The notes beneath the pieces were generated by a model, which worked only from the letters and a program-made list of their open reading frames with translations, was not told the DNA's origin and did no database searches. A DNA stretch of 64,000 nt. It comes from a virus. Each line of letters opens with the position of its first letter. The first letter of the stretch is position 1. The stretch lies in the IMG/VR virus record IMGVR_UViG_3300046318_000260, positions 3,862-67,861 of that record; one strand, given 5' to 3'. The translations under genes and the position numbers were made by a program. Of this stretch, positions 18,968-30,200 are shown one piece after another.

Positions 18968-19337
18968 AGCAGTTGAAGCATTTCACAATGCATTTGGACA
19001 AGACAATGGTAAATACCCAAGACCTCTTACTAAAGATGAGTATGAACTTAGACACAACTTAATGCAAGAAGAAAATGAAGAGTATTTAACAGCATGTGAT
19101 GATAACTCTTTAGTAGAAATTGCTGATGCTTTAGGTGATCAATTGTATATCTTGTGCGGAACTATTCTTAGACATGGTATGCAACATATCATTGAAGATG
19201 TGTTTGATGAAATTCAAGCAAGTAACATGAGCAAGTTAGGTGAGGATGGAAAACCAGTACTTAGAGAAGATGGAAAAATCTTAAAGGGCCCTGGATTCTT
19301 CAGACCAGACTTGACAAAGTTTATTAAAGTTGACTAA
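18951..19337 (+). CDS. MazG-like NTP pyrophosphohydrolase (dUTPase-like)
   Basis: FH.AFG, EE.EE, EIADALGD.LY, SNMSK and REDGKILKGP motifs. Confidence 0.88.
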   Translation: MKKQIEAVEAFHNAFGQDNGKYPRPLTKDEYELRHNLMQEENEEYLTACDDNSLVEIADALGDQLYILCGTILRHGMQHIIEDVFDEIQASNMSKLGEDGKPVLREDGKILKGPGFFRPDLTKFIKVD

Positions 19338-19339
19338 AG

Positions 19340-19954
19340 ATGTTTAAGATTAATCCTGCACAAAACAAAAGATTTTTTGTAGTAGATAACTTCTATGAAG
19401 ATCCTATGGCTGTAAGAGAGCATGCATTGGTTCAAACTTATTTTCCTGGTGAAGGTGCTGTTGGTGAAAGAACCCGTGAGCAGTTTCTGTTTGAAGGAGT
19501 CAAAGAAAAGTTTGAAGAAATTATGCAAATCAAAATTGCTGACCATACTGATGATGGCTTTGGCTGGTATGATGTAGGCATCAATGGCAGATACCAATCT
19601 TGTATCGCAGGAGTACCTCAAGTATTCCATTGTGATGCACAACAATGGGCTGCTGTACTTTTCCTTACACCAGATGCTCCACCTCAATCAGGTACAAGCT
19701 TTTATAGAAACAAACAGTCTAAAGTATTTCATAATGAGCAGATAGATTGGTCTGTTGGTGAGAATGGTAATGCATTTTCTAAACATACCTTTCTTGATCC
19801 AACTCCTTTTGAAAGACAAGATACTGTAGGAAATGTCTTTAATAGACTTGTGATCTTTGATGGAGGCCTAATACATTCTGGTAATGATTATTTTGGTCAC
19901 AATAGAGAAACAGGAAGGTTGTTTCAAATATTCTTTTTTAATGAGAAAAAATAA
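19340..19954 (+). CDS. 2OG-Fe(II) oxygenase (DUF6445-like)
   Basis: VVDNFY.DP..VR, HxD (FHCD), WAAVLFLTP, GTSFY, NRLVIF, distal His (IHS) and R..Q.FF motifs. Confidence 0.8.
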   Translation: MFKINPAQNKRFFVVDNFYEDPMAVREHALVQTYFPGEGAVGERTREQFLFEGVKEKFEEIMQIKIADHTDDGFGWYDVGINGRYQSCIAGVPQVFHCDAQQWAAVLFLTPDAPPQSGTSFYRNKQSKVFHNEQIDWSVGENGNAFSKHTFLDPTPFERQDTVGNVFNRLVIFDGGLIHSGNDYFGHNRETGRLFQIFFFNEKK

Positions 19955-20337
19955 TGAGTGAAGAACAAGAAGTATCTCAAGACCTGATAACATATATTAC
20001 TTTGTTATCTGCTATGCAAGTTGTACAGAATTGTACACTTGAGCTAGAAGGCACAATGTATGATCAAGGTAGAGTAAAAGTAAAAACAAAAGAGGCTCTT
20101 ATTGCCATGACTCAAGCTAATGATAAAAGAAAAAGAAAAATGTGGGAAAATGATTCTCTCATGTCTGCAACTTTTATGCAAGCTATTCATATCATAGGAG
20201 AGCAATTAGCAAAAGGTGATGGTACAGCATTAGCAAACATCACAGCTCTGACAAGACAAGGAATTGATTTATCAAAATACAAACTAGTAGAAATTGAAGA
20301 TGGAACTACTGAACACACACCCGATCAAGAAATCTGA
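19954..20337 (+). CDS. hypothetical protein
   Basis: 127 aa ORF; start overlaps the upstream stop. Confidence 0.65.
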   Translation: MSEEQEVSQDLITYITLLSAMQVVQNCTLELEGTMYDQGRVKVKTKEALIAMTQANDKRKRKMWENDSLMSATFMQAIHIIGEQLAKGDGTALANITALTRQGIDLSKYKLVEIEDGTTEHTPDQEI

Positions 20338-20725
20338 TTTAGGCTTTCATGGAAATTTATTTGGAGGTAAACTCCTAGCATGGATTGATGCTGCTGCTGC
20401 AGGTTACTCTATGCAATTATGTGACACGCCAAGAATGGTTACTGTGTCTATTGACAAGTGTAATTTTGAAAAGCCGGCAAGAGAGAGTCAATTGCTTAAG
20501 ATTTATGGTTATCCTACTAAGTTAGGTAATGCTTCTGTTACTCTTTACATGGAGGCAAGAGCTCATAATGTGTACACCGGTAACCAGGCTCTTGTTTTAA
20601 AGACCCACATTACTTTTGTACATATTGATGAAGAAGGTAATCCTATTCCAATTGCAGAGAAGGGCAGAAAAAGAATTCAAAAACTTATTGAAACAATAGA
20701 ATCAAATGAACAAAGCAACTCTTAA
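20300..20725 (+). CDS. acyl-CoA thioesterase (hotdog fold, YciA-like)
   Basis: D...HGNLFGG.LLAWID, VTVSID...F..P and FVHIDEEG.P.P motifs. Confidence 0.85.
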   Translation: MELLNTHPIKKSDLGFHGNLFGGKLLAWIDAAAAGYSMQLCDTPRMVTVSIDKCNFEKPARESQLLKIYGYPTKLGNASVTLYMEARAHNVYTGNQALVLKTHITFVHIDEEGNPIPIAEKGRKRIQKLIETIESNEQSNS

Positions 20726-20885
20726 AAAACTATTGATTGATGCTTACATGTCTGGAGCTGAATCAGTTTACTGTGGATGCTATGCTAGGCCTACAAAGAC
20801 AGAAGCTAGAGATTGGTATGACCAAGAATTTGGTGTAGAAGAAATACCGGAGTGTGAATGTTGTGATGATGATGATGATGAGTGA
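20706..20885 (+). CDS. 59 aa Cys/Asp-rich protein (not in ORF track)
   Basis: Translates to MNKATLKKLLIDAYMSGAESVYCGCYARPTKTEARDWYDQEFGVEEIPECECCDDDDDE*; overlaps both neighbours. Confidence 0.6.
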   Translation: MNKATLKKLLIDAYMSGAESVYCGCYARPTKTEARDWYDQEFGVEEIPECECCDDDDDE

Positions 20886-21132
20886 GACTCTTAAATGCTT
20901 TACATGTAAGGTTGAAAAACCTCTTGAAAAATATAAACCTAACAGAAGGAAGTATCAGACTAAAGCTTACAAAGGAGTGTGCATGGTTTGTAAAAAATGC
21001 AGTCTTCACAAAGCTCTTGTAGAACTACAGATTGTTAGGTATGACTATGAAGAAAATAAGTTTATTATCATCAACTTTAAAGATGCTAATGAAGTTATGG
21101 AATTTTTTAACCAAGAAGAAGGAGAATATTAA
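20878..21132 (+). CDS. small zinc-finger protein
   Basis: CFTC.VEKPL..Y...C..CKKC; likely start is ATG 20878. Confidence 0.6.
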   Translation: MSETLKCFTCKVEKPLEKYKPNRRKYQTKAYKGVCMVCKKCSLHKALVELQIVRYDYEENKFIIINFKDANEVMEFFNQEEGEY

Positions 21133-21135
21133 TTA

Positions 21136-21165
21136 GGGGGACTGTAATGGTCCCCCTTTTTTTTT
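21136..21165. terminator. terminator at the convergence of the replication and virion blocks
   Basis: GGGGGAC-TGTAATG-GTCCCCC followed by T9; lies between convergent genes. Confidence 0.85.
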
Positions 21166-21166
21166 C

Positions 21167-21304
21167 TTACCTACCTTGAGCTTTATAACTTTTCTTGTAG
21201 TTCTTTGAGCTCTTCATTTTTGAAGTCTTAGTTTTTGCATGCACTCCTGGACGGGATACTTTGACTTTGCTGTAAGCTTTCAGTGGTGTTGTTGCCTTTG
21301 CCAT
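21167..21304 (-). CDS. 45 aa very basic small protein (not in ORF track)
   Basis: Translates to MAKATTPLKAYSKVKVSRPGVHAKTKTSKMKSSKNYKKSYKAQGR*; A-rich upstream spacer; fills the gap after the 1951 aa gene. Confidence 0.75.
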   Translation of the reverse strand: MAKATTPLKAYSKVKVSRPGVHAKTKTSKMKSSKNYKKSYKAQGR

Positions 21305-21321
21305 TGTTTATTATTTATTGT

Positions 21322-24300
21322 TTAACCTTTAAGATTTGTGAAAATCTCATTCTTCTTAATTGCCCAGTAAGGACTTGCATTCTTACCAGATAAACCAAAT
21401 ATACTACCTAAATGATTCCAAAGTTTATATTTACCTTCTTCTTGCCATGAGTATGGACCAACTTCTTGTTTATAAATAGCTTTGTCACTACCTGTGATCA
21501 TGTATCCTAAGTCTTTAAAGATTTTAAGATAAAGATCTAATGTAGGACCCATTACAATGTTACTAGTCTTAGTAAAGTCTAACCACTCACCTACTCCTAA
21601 TGGAGTCATAGTACTGTTTTCTTTTTGTACCATCATTACTTGATAAAGCATATGATTAGCTACCCAACCTGCATAACCATATTTTGCTTCTCTTTCTTTA
21701 AGTTTTTGGAATCTATCTTCATCATCCCCAGAAAAGCCAAACAAAAATATAATTGCCATAGTTGATAATGCAAGTAACATACCTTCTGTAACTATTTCAT
21801 AAAATGCAGATTTTTCATCTTGAGTCATAATAGGCCAGTAGTTTCTACCGTCTCTTATAAGCTTCACTCCATTTTGTAAGAATGTAACATACTTACCTCT
21901 AGTAGCCTCATCTAAATCCCAATCCCATACTTTACCTCCAAAGTTATCTCTAGAAGTATCCATCTGGAATCTTGATAAGAACATACCTGTACCAAACTTT
22001 CTAGAGAATGAAGCTACATCATATAACAAGTACTTCTCTGCAGTTGGTGATTCAATTGCTGCTACTGTACCGTTCAATTTTTTGTTAGCACTAGCCATTC
22101 TAAGTTTCATCATATTGAACTTAGTATTTCTAGATATAATCAAAGACTGTCCTTCTTTAATATCAGCTCCTTCTTCTAGTTTGTTTTTCTTTAACAACTC
22201 TTCAGAAGTCATGTTATATTTCTTAGCAATTGATTCAATAGTTTCTCCTGCTTGTACAATATAATCAGTATAGTTCATTCCCCATTCAGGATTGATACCA
22301 TCTTTTAATTTAACAATACCATTGTCTCCAACTTCAAATGCATCTATATATCTAATTGGTGTAACAGATCCATCCGGTTGAATTTGATCAACCATTTGCC
22401 AATCCATTAAACTAAAGCCTAATTCAAGGGCCCCTTGTACTTCAGTAAGTTTTCTATCTGAGTACATCCAAGCACCATCAATTAAATTTTTGACAGCTGT
22501 ATTTGTATGAGATCTGTTAGCATCTTTCTTAGTCTTACCTGGAGACATATCAAATGCATCCATTAACTGCATGTCCAAGCTTTTTACACCAGTAGTGTAT
22601 GTACCAGAAGTAGCATACTCAAATGTTGCTTTAGTAGCTCTTATCTGACCTCTTGCCATTGAAGGAAAGCTAATGTGTTTTCCTCCTGCGGTATAGACAA
22701 GTTTCTGGAAAGTCATCCCGGCCTTATTCTTGATAGTTGATACAGGGTTAACATTATAGAAAGCAAAGCTTGCCCCACCCATTAAACCTCTTGTAATTTT
22801 AGATACCGTAGGATTCTCTTGCTGATATTCACTTACATTTTCACCATGGAAAGTTCTATTGATAAAGTCTTGTGCTAACTGTAATCTTTTGTTAGTACTT
22901 CTTTTTAAGAATACAGCTGTTTTATCCTGAGCTCTTGATAATTTACTACTTGCTCTATCCAATCTATCTAGTGCATTATCTGGATCACCAAGTACACCAA
23001 GAAGAGCATTAGCTGAAGGAAGGGCATCAATTAAAACTTTCTGCATATCCAAGGAACTTAAATAATTCAACTCAGATGTAATTACATCTTGTGACACCGC
23101 ACTAAGTGGCATTTTATATAGACCGTTTACTGGAACTTTTGGTAATGGTTTACCTTGAAGATCTGTTGGTACATATAAGAAAGCCGGATCAAAGTTAGCT
23201 TCTCCTCTTGCAGCATCATCAGCTGCTCTTGTAACAGATGCTTTTAATGCTTCTTTTAATGAATTGCCTTTATCTTTAGCATCCTGTGCTAATTTTCCAG
23301 ACTGTCCATACTCAAGATTAGTGCTTATTCTAAATCTTGGGAAATCTAAATACATCCTTGATGAATACGGAGACTCTTCTTGAACTTTAAGTCTTTGTTT
23401 TTTCATCTTCTCAAGTAACTGATACTCAGGAGTATTTGCTTTTTGCATATCAAGAAATCTCTGATTCATGTATCTTGCATCAATAGCACCTGAACTATCT
23501 CCTGGAATATATTCTTTAGGTAAGAAGTTTCCACGGTTATCAATATGTTTACCAACTTCAAGTTCTACTTTACCAGTCTTTGGATTGTATCCAGTTTTAT
23601 ACTTGTCTTTGATTTTAGTATATGAATACTTAGCAATAGGCACACCATCAAAAGTAATTTCCTTACCTGTAATAGGATCAGTTATTGTTGTTTTCTTAAA
23701 GTATTTTGGATTAGCCGGTTTAGATACTGTCCAAGCTTTTGTTCTGAAGAATCTTGTTTCATACATACCAAGCTCAGGACTAAACACATTTTTCTCATAG
23801 TGATTTCTATCAAACCACTCAGAGAATCTTGGATTATCAGCTCTAGCTTTAAGTACTTTTTCTGAATTGATCCATTCATCTGCAGTTTCCATTGTGATTG
23901 GTTCAATCTCAAGATCTTCCAATGCAGTATTAAATGAACTAACATAATAGTCAGTAGCTACATTATCTGTAAGCTCAGCTAATTTTTTAAACTTGCTTCT
24001 TAGATAAACAACTTCTTGCTCTGATAAACCAAATGCTGTTTTATTAGCTACAAGTGATTGATACTCAGCTTTTTGATCAGCTGTCATTTGCGCAGCTTTA
24101 CCCGCACCAATTACTTTTTCTTCATAGTACCTTAGCTTGTAAGCTTCATCTTTAGACAAACCAGTCTTTCTATCAAACTCATCATTTAACTTTACTATCT
24201 CTTCTTCTATTTCTTTCAATTTTTTAAGAGACTCAATACCAAGTTCAGTACCATTAGGTTCACCGTCTTTATCAGTTACTCTATTAGTAATATTGTATCT

Positions 24301-27177
24301 TTGTTCATAAAGACTAGCTAGTTTTTTAGATATCTCAGCTCCTTTTGCTTTTTCATTAATAGCATTGATCTCTGTAAGAATCTCATTTTTCTCCTGATAG
24401 TATTCATCTGTATAAGCAATTCTGGTATTTTTTTCCATGAATTTCTTAATTTCAGCTGTATATCTATCTGGTGTAGCATCTGCTGTGATACCTAAACTTG
24501 CAAGCTCATTATTTATAAAGTGCTCAAAGTCTTTTTGGAACCTCACTGTGTTTGGAACAGACTCATTAAACTTTCTAGACTCTTGTCTATAGTATCTTCT
24601 TACAAGAACTTTTTGTAATTCAACTCCTTGTTTGTAGTTACCATTATTATCATAAAGGTTATATAAGTTGTTGTATTTAACCTTAGCTTCCGCAGAAGGT
24701 GTGAATTCCAACAAGTCATCTAACGTAGTAAACTCATTAGAATTAGAGTAAGTAGCAAGATCATCCATTGCTGCTTTTCTTTCATTGTAAGCTTCTAATG
24801 AAACTTCTGCTGATATAGTAACTGTTTTTTTAGTAGTAGGATCATATACATTGTTGTCTTGAAGCCAGATATCCTGAACTTTATAAACTTCATCAGTATA
24901 CTTTCTTACTTTAAAGTCTTTCTCAAAATCTCTGACAGCTTGCATAGCAGCTTTAATTGCATCTTTATCTCCACTAAGCTTAGCTTTTTTAAGAGCCCCT
25001 TTTAATTTAGCTTCATCAAGTTCCCAATTCTGAAACTTATCTAAATAAGCATAAGCCTCGTATTCTTCAACATCACCTTGTTCATTGATAACACCTTTCT
25101 TATCAACAAACAATACTTTATCTGCTAAATCTGTAGTTTTGTTTGGATTCCAACCAATAGCATCTAGATAAGGTCTAAGACTTTCAACATATAACATATT
25201 CTCTTGTTGTGTTTTTACTTCAGCATCTGAGATTTTATTTCTCATGTACTTAACAAAAGCACCAAACATATCATTTACATTACCTAAAGGGTTAAGCATT
25301 GCCCCTCCAACACCAATATCTTTTACATGACCTCTTAAGTATTCATCAACAGCTTGTTCTGTTATTTTATTACTATTGTATTCTTTAATAGCTTCTAAAA
25401 TATACTTTTCTTTTGGAGATTTTCTTGGTAACTTAAAGTCAGCAGCAGATATACTTCTTACTTGATCTACATCTAGTTTGTCAAAAAGATCTTGTTTAAA
25501 GTCTTCTATCTCTGCCTCAGTAAAACCATCTACAGTTAATATCTGGTCAATTCTTTCAGAAAGAGATGCTTTTACATTTTCTTGCATGCTAGCTCCACTT
25601 GCAACAAGTAAATCTTTAGCATACTCAAATGTCATATCTTTAGCTGCTTCAGAATTATTTTCCATCTGCAGTTTTATACTCTGAATTTTTTTTATTAATT
25701 CATTAGATGGATCTAAACCAAGTTCTCTAGTAACATCTCTTAAGAACTGTATTTCTCTTTCCATGAATTGTTTAAAGTACTGTATCTTTTGATTTCCTTC
25801 TTCAGTCAAGTACTCTTTGGAACTTCTTATGTCTTTTAAAACATTCTTGATTTTATCAGCAAATAGATTCAACTCAGTTAAACTATTAATAAAAGATAAG
25901 GCTCTTGCATTCAAATCAGCTTCATCTTTTATTAAAGCATCAACTAAATCTTTTAACTCTTCATCAGTAATATCTTTATCTGTCTTGTAGCCATTTACAT
26001 ATTCTCTTATGTTACGGATACTTTCCTCAGCATCTTTACCCAAGGTCTCTTTAAGCTTCTTTGGTGAGTTTCTTAATTCTTCCAACTGGAAAGACATCTC
26101 AGTATGAAACTTATTGATAGTATTAAGTACTTTCTTAGGGGCTACTGTTTTAAGTTCTTCAAGATACTGATCTGTATCCTTCTTGAACTCAGCAAAGAGA
26201 CTTGTCTGATAATTAAGATCTTCAATAACAAAGTCTTCATTAACCATCATGTTGACTAATTCATCTCTGGTTGTTGTTGCACTCAAGTTCTTAAGGTTAA
26301 CTTTCTTTGTCAGAGCTTGAATAACTTTCTTAAGTGCAAACATTAAGTTCTGCATGAACTTATCAAATAAACTATCTGAAGCTTTGATATTATCCAACTT
26401 CAACTCAGCATCTAACTCTATAGCAGTTACAATAGCTTCTTCCTTAAATCTTTCAGTATCAATTTCTAACTCTGGATACTTAGTTTGTACTCTTGCTAAA
26501 GCTTCTTGTCCTGTGACAGAGGCTGATAGTTGTGAGTATAAGTTGTCAAATAACTTTTTGTTCTGGAATGATATAGCTTTTACCAATGGGTGTGCAAACT
26601 CATGTACTACTGCGTTAGAGTTAAAGTTGCCCTGCACAAAGTAAACCTGATTTCCATAAAAGAATGCGGCTGTGCCCGGTGAATATGGTGTTGGACTTAA
26701 CTGTAATAACAATGCAGCATCTGCAGGAGTAATGATCTGGTAGTCAATACCAAAAGCTTTTCTGTACTTCTCTCCTAACTTAACTGCTATATCATAGTCT
26801 CTTGCTCCTTGAAATTGTTTCTCAAGAAACTCTTCATCTTTTTCAGCATTATCAAATAGATAATCATCACCATAAGGTACTCCAGCTCTCTCAGCATCTT
26901 CTTCTTGAATAGCTCTAGCTTCTCTTTCAGCTTTTTCTGCCTCAGCAATCTCAAGTTCTAACTCACTAGCATAGTACTTGTCAATTAATGCTTTAGGTAC
27001 ATACACAGTAACATCTAATGTGTCACCTACAATTAGTCTAGCAACCTCATCACCATATGTTCTGTTAACAGATTTGATCAAGTTTTGGGCATTCTGTAGT
27101 GACATACCCATAGCTGGACTAGCAGCATTATATATTTGTTCATTTAAGAACTCTTCTATTTTGATTACACAAGGCAT
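21322..27177 (-). CDS. giant virion/ejection protein with zincin motif and LysM domain
   Basis: HEFAH..EEA motif (~26590-26604); LysM YIVQAGETIESIAKKYNMT.EEL...N.L....I..GQ.L.I (~22135-22265); hydrophobic segment near the C-terminus. Confidence 0.75.
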   Translation of the reverse strand: MPCVIKIEEFLNEQIYNAASPAMGMSLQNAQNLIKSVNRTYGDEVARLIVGDTLDVTVYVPKALIDKYYASELELEIAEAEKAEREARAIQEEDAERAGVPYGDDYLFDNAEKDEEFLEKQFQGARDYDIAVKLGEKYRKAFGIDYQIITPADAALLLQLSPTPYSPGTAAFFYGNQVYFVQGNFNSNAVVHEFAHPLVKAISFQNKKLFDNLYSQLSASVTGQEALARVQTKYPELEIDTERFKEEAIVTAIELDAELKLDNIKASDSLFDKFMQNLMFALKKVIQALTKKVNLKNLSATTTRDELVNMMVNEDFVIEDLNYQTSLFAEFKKDTDQYLEELKTVAPKKVLNTINKFHTEMSFQLEELRNSPKKLKETLGKDAEESIRNIREYVNGYKTDKDITDEELKDLVDALIKDEADLNARALSFINSLTELNLFADKIKNVLKDIRSSKEYLTEEGNQKIQYFKQFMEREIQFLRDVTRELGLDPSNELIKKIQSIKLQMENNSEAAKDMTFEYAKDLLVASGASMQENVKASLSERIDQILTVDGFTEAEIEDFKQDLFDKLDVDQVRSISAADFKLPRKSPKEKYILEAIKEYNSNKITEQAVDEYLRGHVKDIGVGGAMLNPLGNVNDMFGAFVKYMRNKISDAEVKTQQENMLYVESLRPYLDAIGWNPNKTTDLADKVLFVDKKGVINEQGDVEEYEAYAYLDKFQNWELDEAKLKGALKKAKLSGDKDAIKAAMQAVRDFEKDFKVRKYTDEVYKVQDIWLQDNNVYDPTTKKTVTISAEVSLEAYNERKAAMDDLATYSNSNEFTTLDDLLEFTPSAEAKVKYNNLYNLYDNNGNYKQGVELQKVLVRRYYRQESRKFNESVPNTVRFQKDFEHFINNELASLGITADATPDRYTAEIKKFMEKNTRIAYTDEYYQEKNEILTEINAINEKAKGAEISKKLASLYEQRYNITNRVTDKDGEPNGTELGIESLKKLKEIEEEIVKLNDEFDRKTGLSKDEAYKLRYYEEKVIGAGKAAQMTADQKAEYQSLVANKTAFGLSEQEVVYLRSKFKKLAELTDNVATDYYVSSFNTALEDLEIEPITMETADEWINSEKVLKARADNPRFSEWFDRNHYEKNVFSPELGMYETRFFRTKAWTVSKPANPKYFKKTTITDPITGKEITFDGVPIAKYSYTKIKDKYKTGYNPKTGKVELEVGKHIDNRGNFLPKEYIPGDSSGAIDARYMNQRFLDMQKANTPEYQLLEKMKKQRLKVQEESPYSSRMYLDFPRFRISTNLEYGQSGKLAQDAKDKGNSLKEALKASVTRAADDAARGEANFDPAFLYVPTDLQGKPLPKVPVNGLYKMPLSAVSQDVITSELNYLSSLDMQKVLIDALPSANALLGVLGDPDNALDRLDRASSKLSRAQDKTAVFLKRSTNKRLQLAQDFINRTFHGENVSEYQQENPTVSKITRGLMGGASFAFYNVNPVSTIKNKAGMTFQKLVYTAGGKHISFPSMARGQIRATKATFEYATSGTYTTGVKSLDMQLMDAFDMSPGKTKKDANRSHTNTAVKNLIDGAWMYSDRKLTEVQGALELGFSLMDWQMVDQIQPDGSVTPIRYIDAFEVGDNGIVKLKDGINPEWGMNYTDYIVQAGETIESIAKKYNMTSEELLKKNKLEEGADIKEGQSLIISRNTKFNMMKLRMASANKKLNGTVAAIESPTAEKYLLYDVASFSRKFGTGMFLSRFQMDTSRDNFGGKVWDWDLDEATRGKYVTFLQNGVKLIRDGRNYWPIMTQDEKSAFYEIVTEGMLLALSTMAIIFLFGFSGDDEDRFQKLKEREAKYGYAGWVANHMLYQVMMVQKENSTMTPLGVGEWLDFTKTSNIVMGPTLDLYLKIFKDLGYMITGSDKAIYKQEVGPYSWQEEGKYKLWNHLGSIFGLSGKNASPYWAIKKNEIFTNLKG

Positions 27178-27195
27178 AATATTATCTATATTTTA

Positions 27196-27206
27196 AATAT
27201 ACTAAA
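27196..27206 (-). promoter_or_regulatory. putative phage late-promoter motif
   Basis: TTTAGTATATT on the - strand, 19 nt before the ATG; shared with other structural-gene leaders. Confidence 0.5.
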
Positions 27207-27208
27207 TT

Positions 27209-30200
27209 TTATTGACAATCAGATGATGATCTTGGTATACCAGGTAAGCCCTCTGGAGCATTTACATCTGTGATTTTACCTGTTATGGTTTCATCACTTT
27301 CTGGTTTAACTTCTGTTTCAATTACTTGTTCTTCAGCAGTATCTGCTTCTTCAACAGATTGAACACCCAATCTTTCTAACAATGCTCCAGCTTCTTCTTC
27401 AGAGATTGTATCCTCTACCGGAGCAGAGGCAACTGGTGAATTATAAGTTTTAACTGATACCACAAAATCTTTGAAGTTTTTGTTTTTTGGATCCATAAGC
27501 TTTTCATAGACAGTGTCAAGACTAGCATTATTTAACTGATTCTTCATAAATATTTCTGAAGCAGATTGCATTACTCCAACAAATCCTTCATAAGGTAAAG
27601 CTTTGTTAAAACCATATTTGCTGTAACCAATACCATGTTGATAGATAGCTACTAGTGGTAACATGCTAAACAACTTGCTAATTCTCTTATTGTCTTCTGG
27701 GTCAGATACTTTCTTAACAGTTTCATCAGCTAAGTCTTTCAAGTTCTGGTGATAAATCTCAGCTATCTCAGCATCCTTTAACGCAGCAGTATCATTCAAT
27801 GAAAGAACTTCCTCTCCAGTTGCAATCTTAGGTTTAGTAAACTGTGTAAGAATACTATACTTTCTTGACAAAGATGGATAGTCTTCAATCATATTCAAGA
27901 CTAAGTCTGTGTATGACTGACCATCAAGATCCATAAGAGCCTTTCTATTGAATGCATTAATCAAAGCTCTTTGATTTAAGTATGCTTCATAAGCTTGTTT
28001 CTCATCTTTAATCAACTCTTTTAATCTGATGTAGTCTTTGTTGTTTTGAACAGACTCTAAAGGATACATGTCCCTCTGGCGTTCTCTTTCAAACACATAC
28101 TTAAAGTATGTAGACTCATTAGGGAAAAGTCCTTCTACGGTACCAAAACCTCTCAAACCATTTTGACTATATGCTAATGGACTTGTGTTACCTCTTAAGT
28201 ACATTTTTCCATTGTACTCATTAGCCAATTTGTTCTTGTCTACATATAGAGTTCCCTCAATAATCTCAGCACCATTTTTAATACCAGCCTTTTCAACTAT
28301 AGGCATCTCTTTATAACTTTCCGGCATTGAGGTTATGTTACCTTTTTCATCAATAAGATTAGTCATATAGTTTTGGAAGATGTATGTAGGTACAGCATTT
28401 TTAAATGAAGTAATAAACTTTCTAACACCATCTTGACCTGGGCCAAACACTCTTACAATATCTGAGCTTTTTGTTTGTGCCTTATCAAGGATGTAATTAG
28501 TTACAGTGTCATTATTTCTTAATGGGAATACTGGTACAATCAAATCACCAATAAGCTTGTTGTCAAAGAATGTACCTAGAATTGAATCTTGCATAGCTTC
28601 AACTGTACCTTTCTCTAAACTAGACAAAGCTTTAGCATCTTCTACATTCAAGTTTCTTCTTAGTATCTCTTGAAGAGTCTTAGATGTTTTAGTATCTGGA
28701 TTAGATAAAAACTTCAATGATGTAAATCCACGGCTAGCTTTTTCTAACTCAATAAAGTGTAAGAACATAGCAATAGCATGATCTTTTAACTCAGGTGCAT
28801 TTGGATTATTAACAAGTTTTCTCATAAGAGCAATATCAAACTCTTTATCATTGTTTAATATGCCTGACTTAGATGTAGCTAACGTAACTGCATCATAGTA
28901 CTTTTTATTACTCACTTTGTTTTTGCCCTTGTCATCACCAAATTTTTCTAATGCATTAACTGCAGCTTGATACTTAACTAAAGTATTTTCAAAATCTTCT
29001 TCAACAGTCCCTGTAACTTTAGCATAAGCACTCTTAAGCATGCGTTGTTGTTTTGCATACTCTCTAACAATTGGGTTAGATACAAACAAGATAGCATGTT
29101 CTTTTGGTACACCTGCTTTCAACAAGAATGTAATCATAGGAGTAATCTCATAATTACCTTGAATAAAGAATATCCATGCATCTTTCTCAACATCCACAGC
29201 ACCATTCATCATTTGTGAGAATAATTCCGCTATGTTGTCAAGTCCATCTGCAGTATCAGTACCAGAAAGAGAAACTCTTCCATCTTTAGTTTTGTTGTGA
29301 GGCAACATTAATCTTACTTGATAATCTTTTTTACCTTCAACATTTCTCTTTAAGTTTGGACTGTACTGTACATTTTTATATGTAGATGGTAATGAAGCTC
29401 CTATAGAATTCATTACTGGGTGTAATGAGTTTTCCACAGCAATCATTCCAAGTACTTTTTTACCAATCATATTAACCTCATGTTTATGTAGGTTATATGC
29501 TGCTTCTAAAGTTCTTGTTGGGCTAATTACTTTGTTACCTTTCTTACCTAATCTATCAGATTCTTTATGCATGTTCTGGAATCTGTTGTAGTCAATTACA
29601 TTGTCCTGGATTTTATCAGCAATGTCATCTTTCAATAAGTATGTATCATTTGGTTTTACCAATGCTGCATAATTATCATTAAGCTCAAGGATACCTCTGA
29701 TTGAACTTATAAGTTCATTTTCCAATGCAGCTTTTTGGTTCTTGATTAAACCAGCAGCTACTTTTGGATCTTCAGCATTTCTTACTTTCTTAAGAACATC
29801 TTCATTAGATAAACCAGTCTCTACAAACTCACCATTACTATCAAGTGTAGGCATGAATGTAGTCAACTTATCAACGTCAAAGTCAGCTCCTGATTTAGCA
29901 ACAATCTCAGTTGGAGGAATAATAATATTACCTGCAGCCGGATCTAAGAACTCATACACTTCCATAAACTCCATAGAGTTAAGACCCTGCACTGGAATCC
30001 TCACAGCTGATAACGTAACAGCTTTTCTGTTATTACCAATGTTCAACCAGTCTTCACTCTTAATCATATCATTCAATCTAGCTCTTGTACCAATTGGTTG
30101 ACCATCTAAGTGTTTAACTTTAAGCAACTTAGAGAAATCACCTTGTAAAGCAATAGCAACTTTCATTGCATTTGTTTTACCTTCAGCACTTTCTCTATTG

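Noticed and set aside
20806-21009. ORF containing HHHHHH, and the MMMMM start of the 20854 ORF
   Set aside because: Both are alternative-frame readings of a (GAT)n repeat that encodes poly-Asp in the 20706-20885 gene
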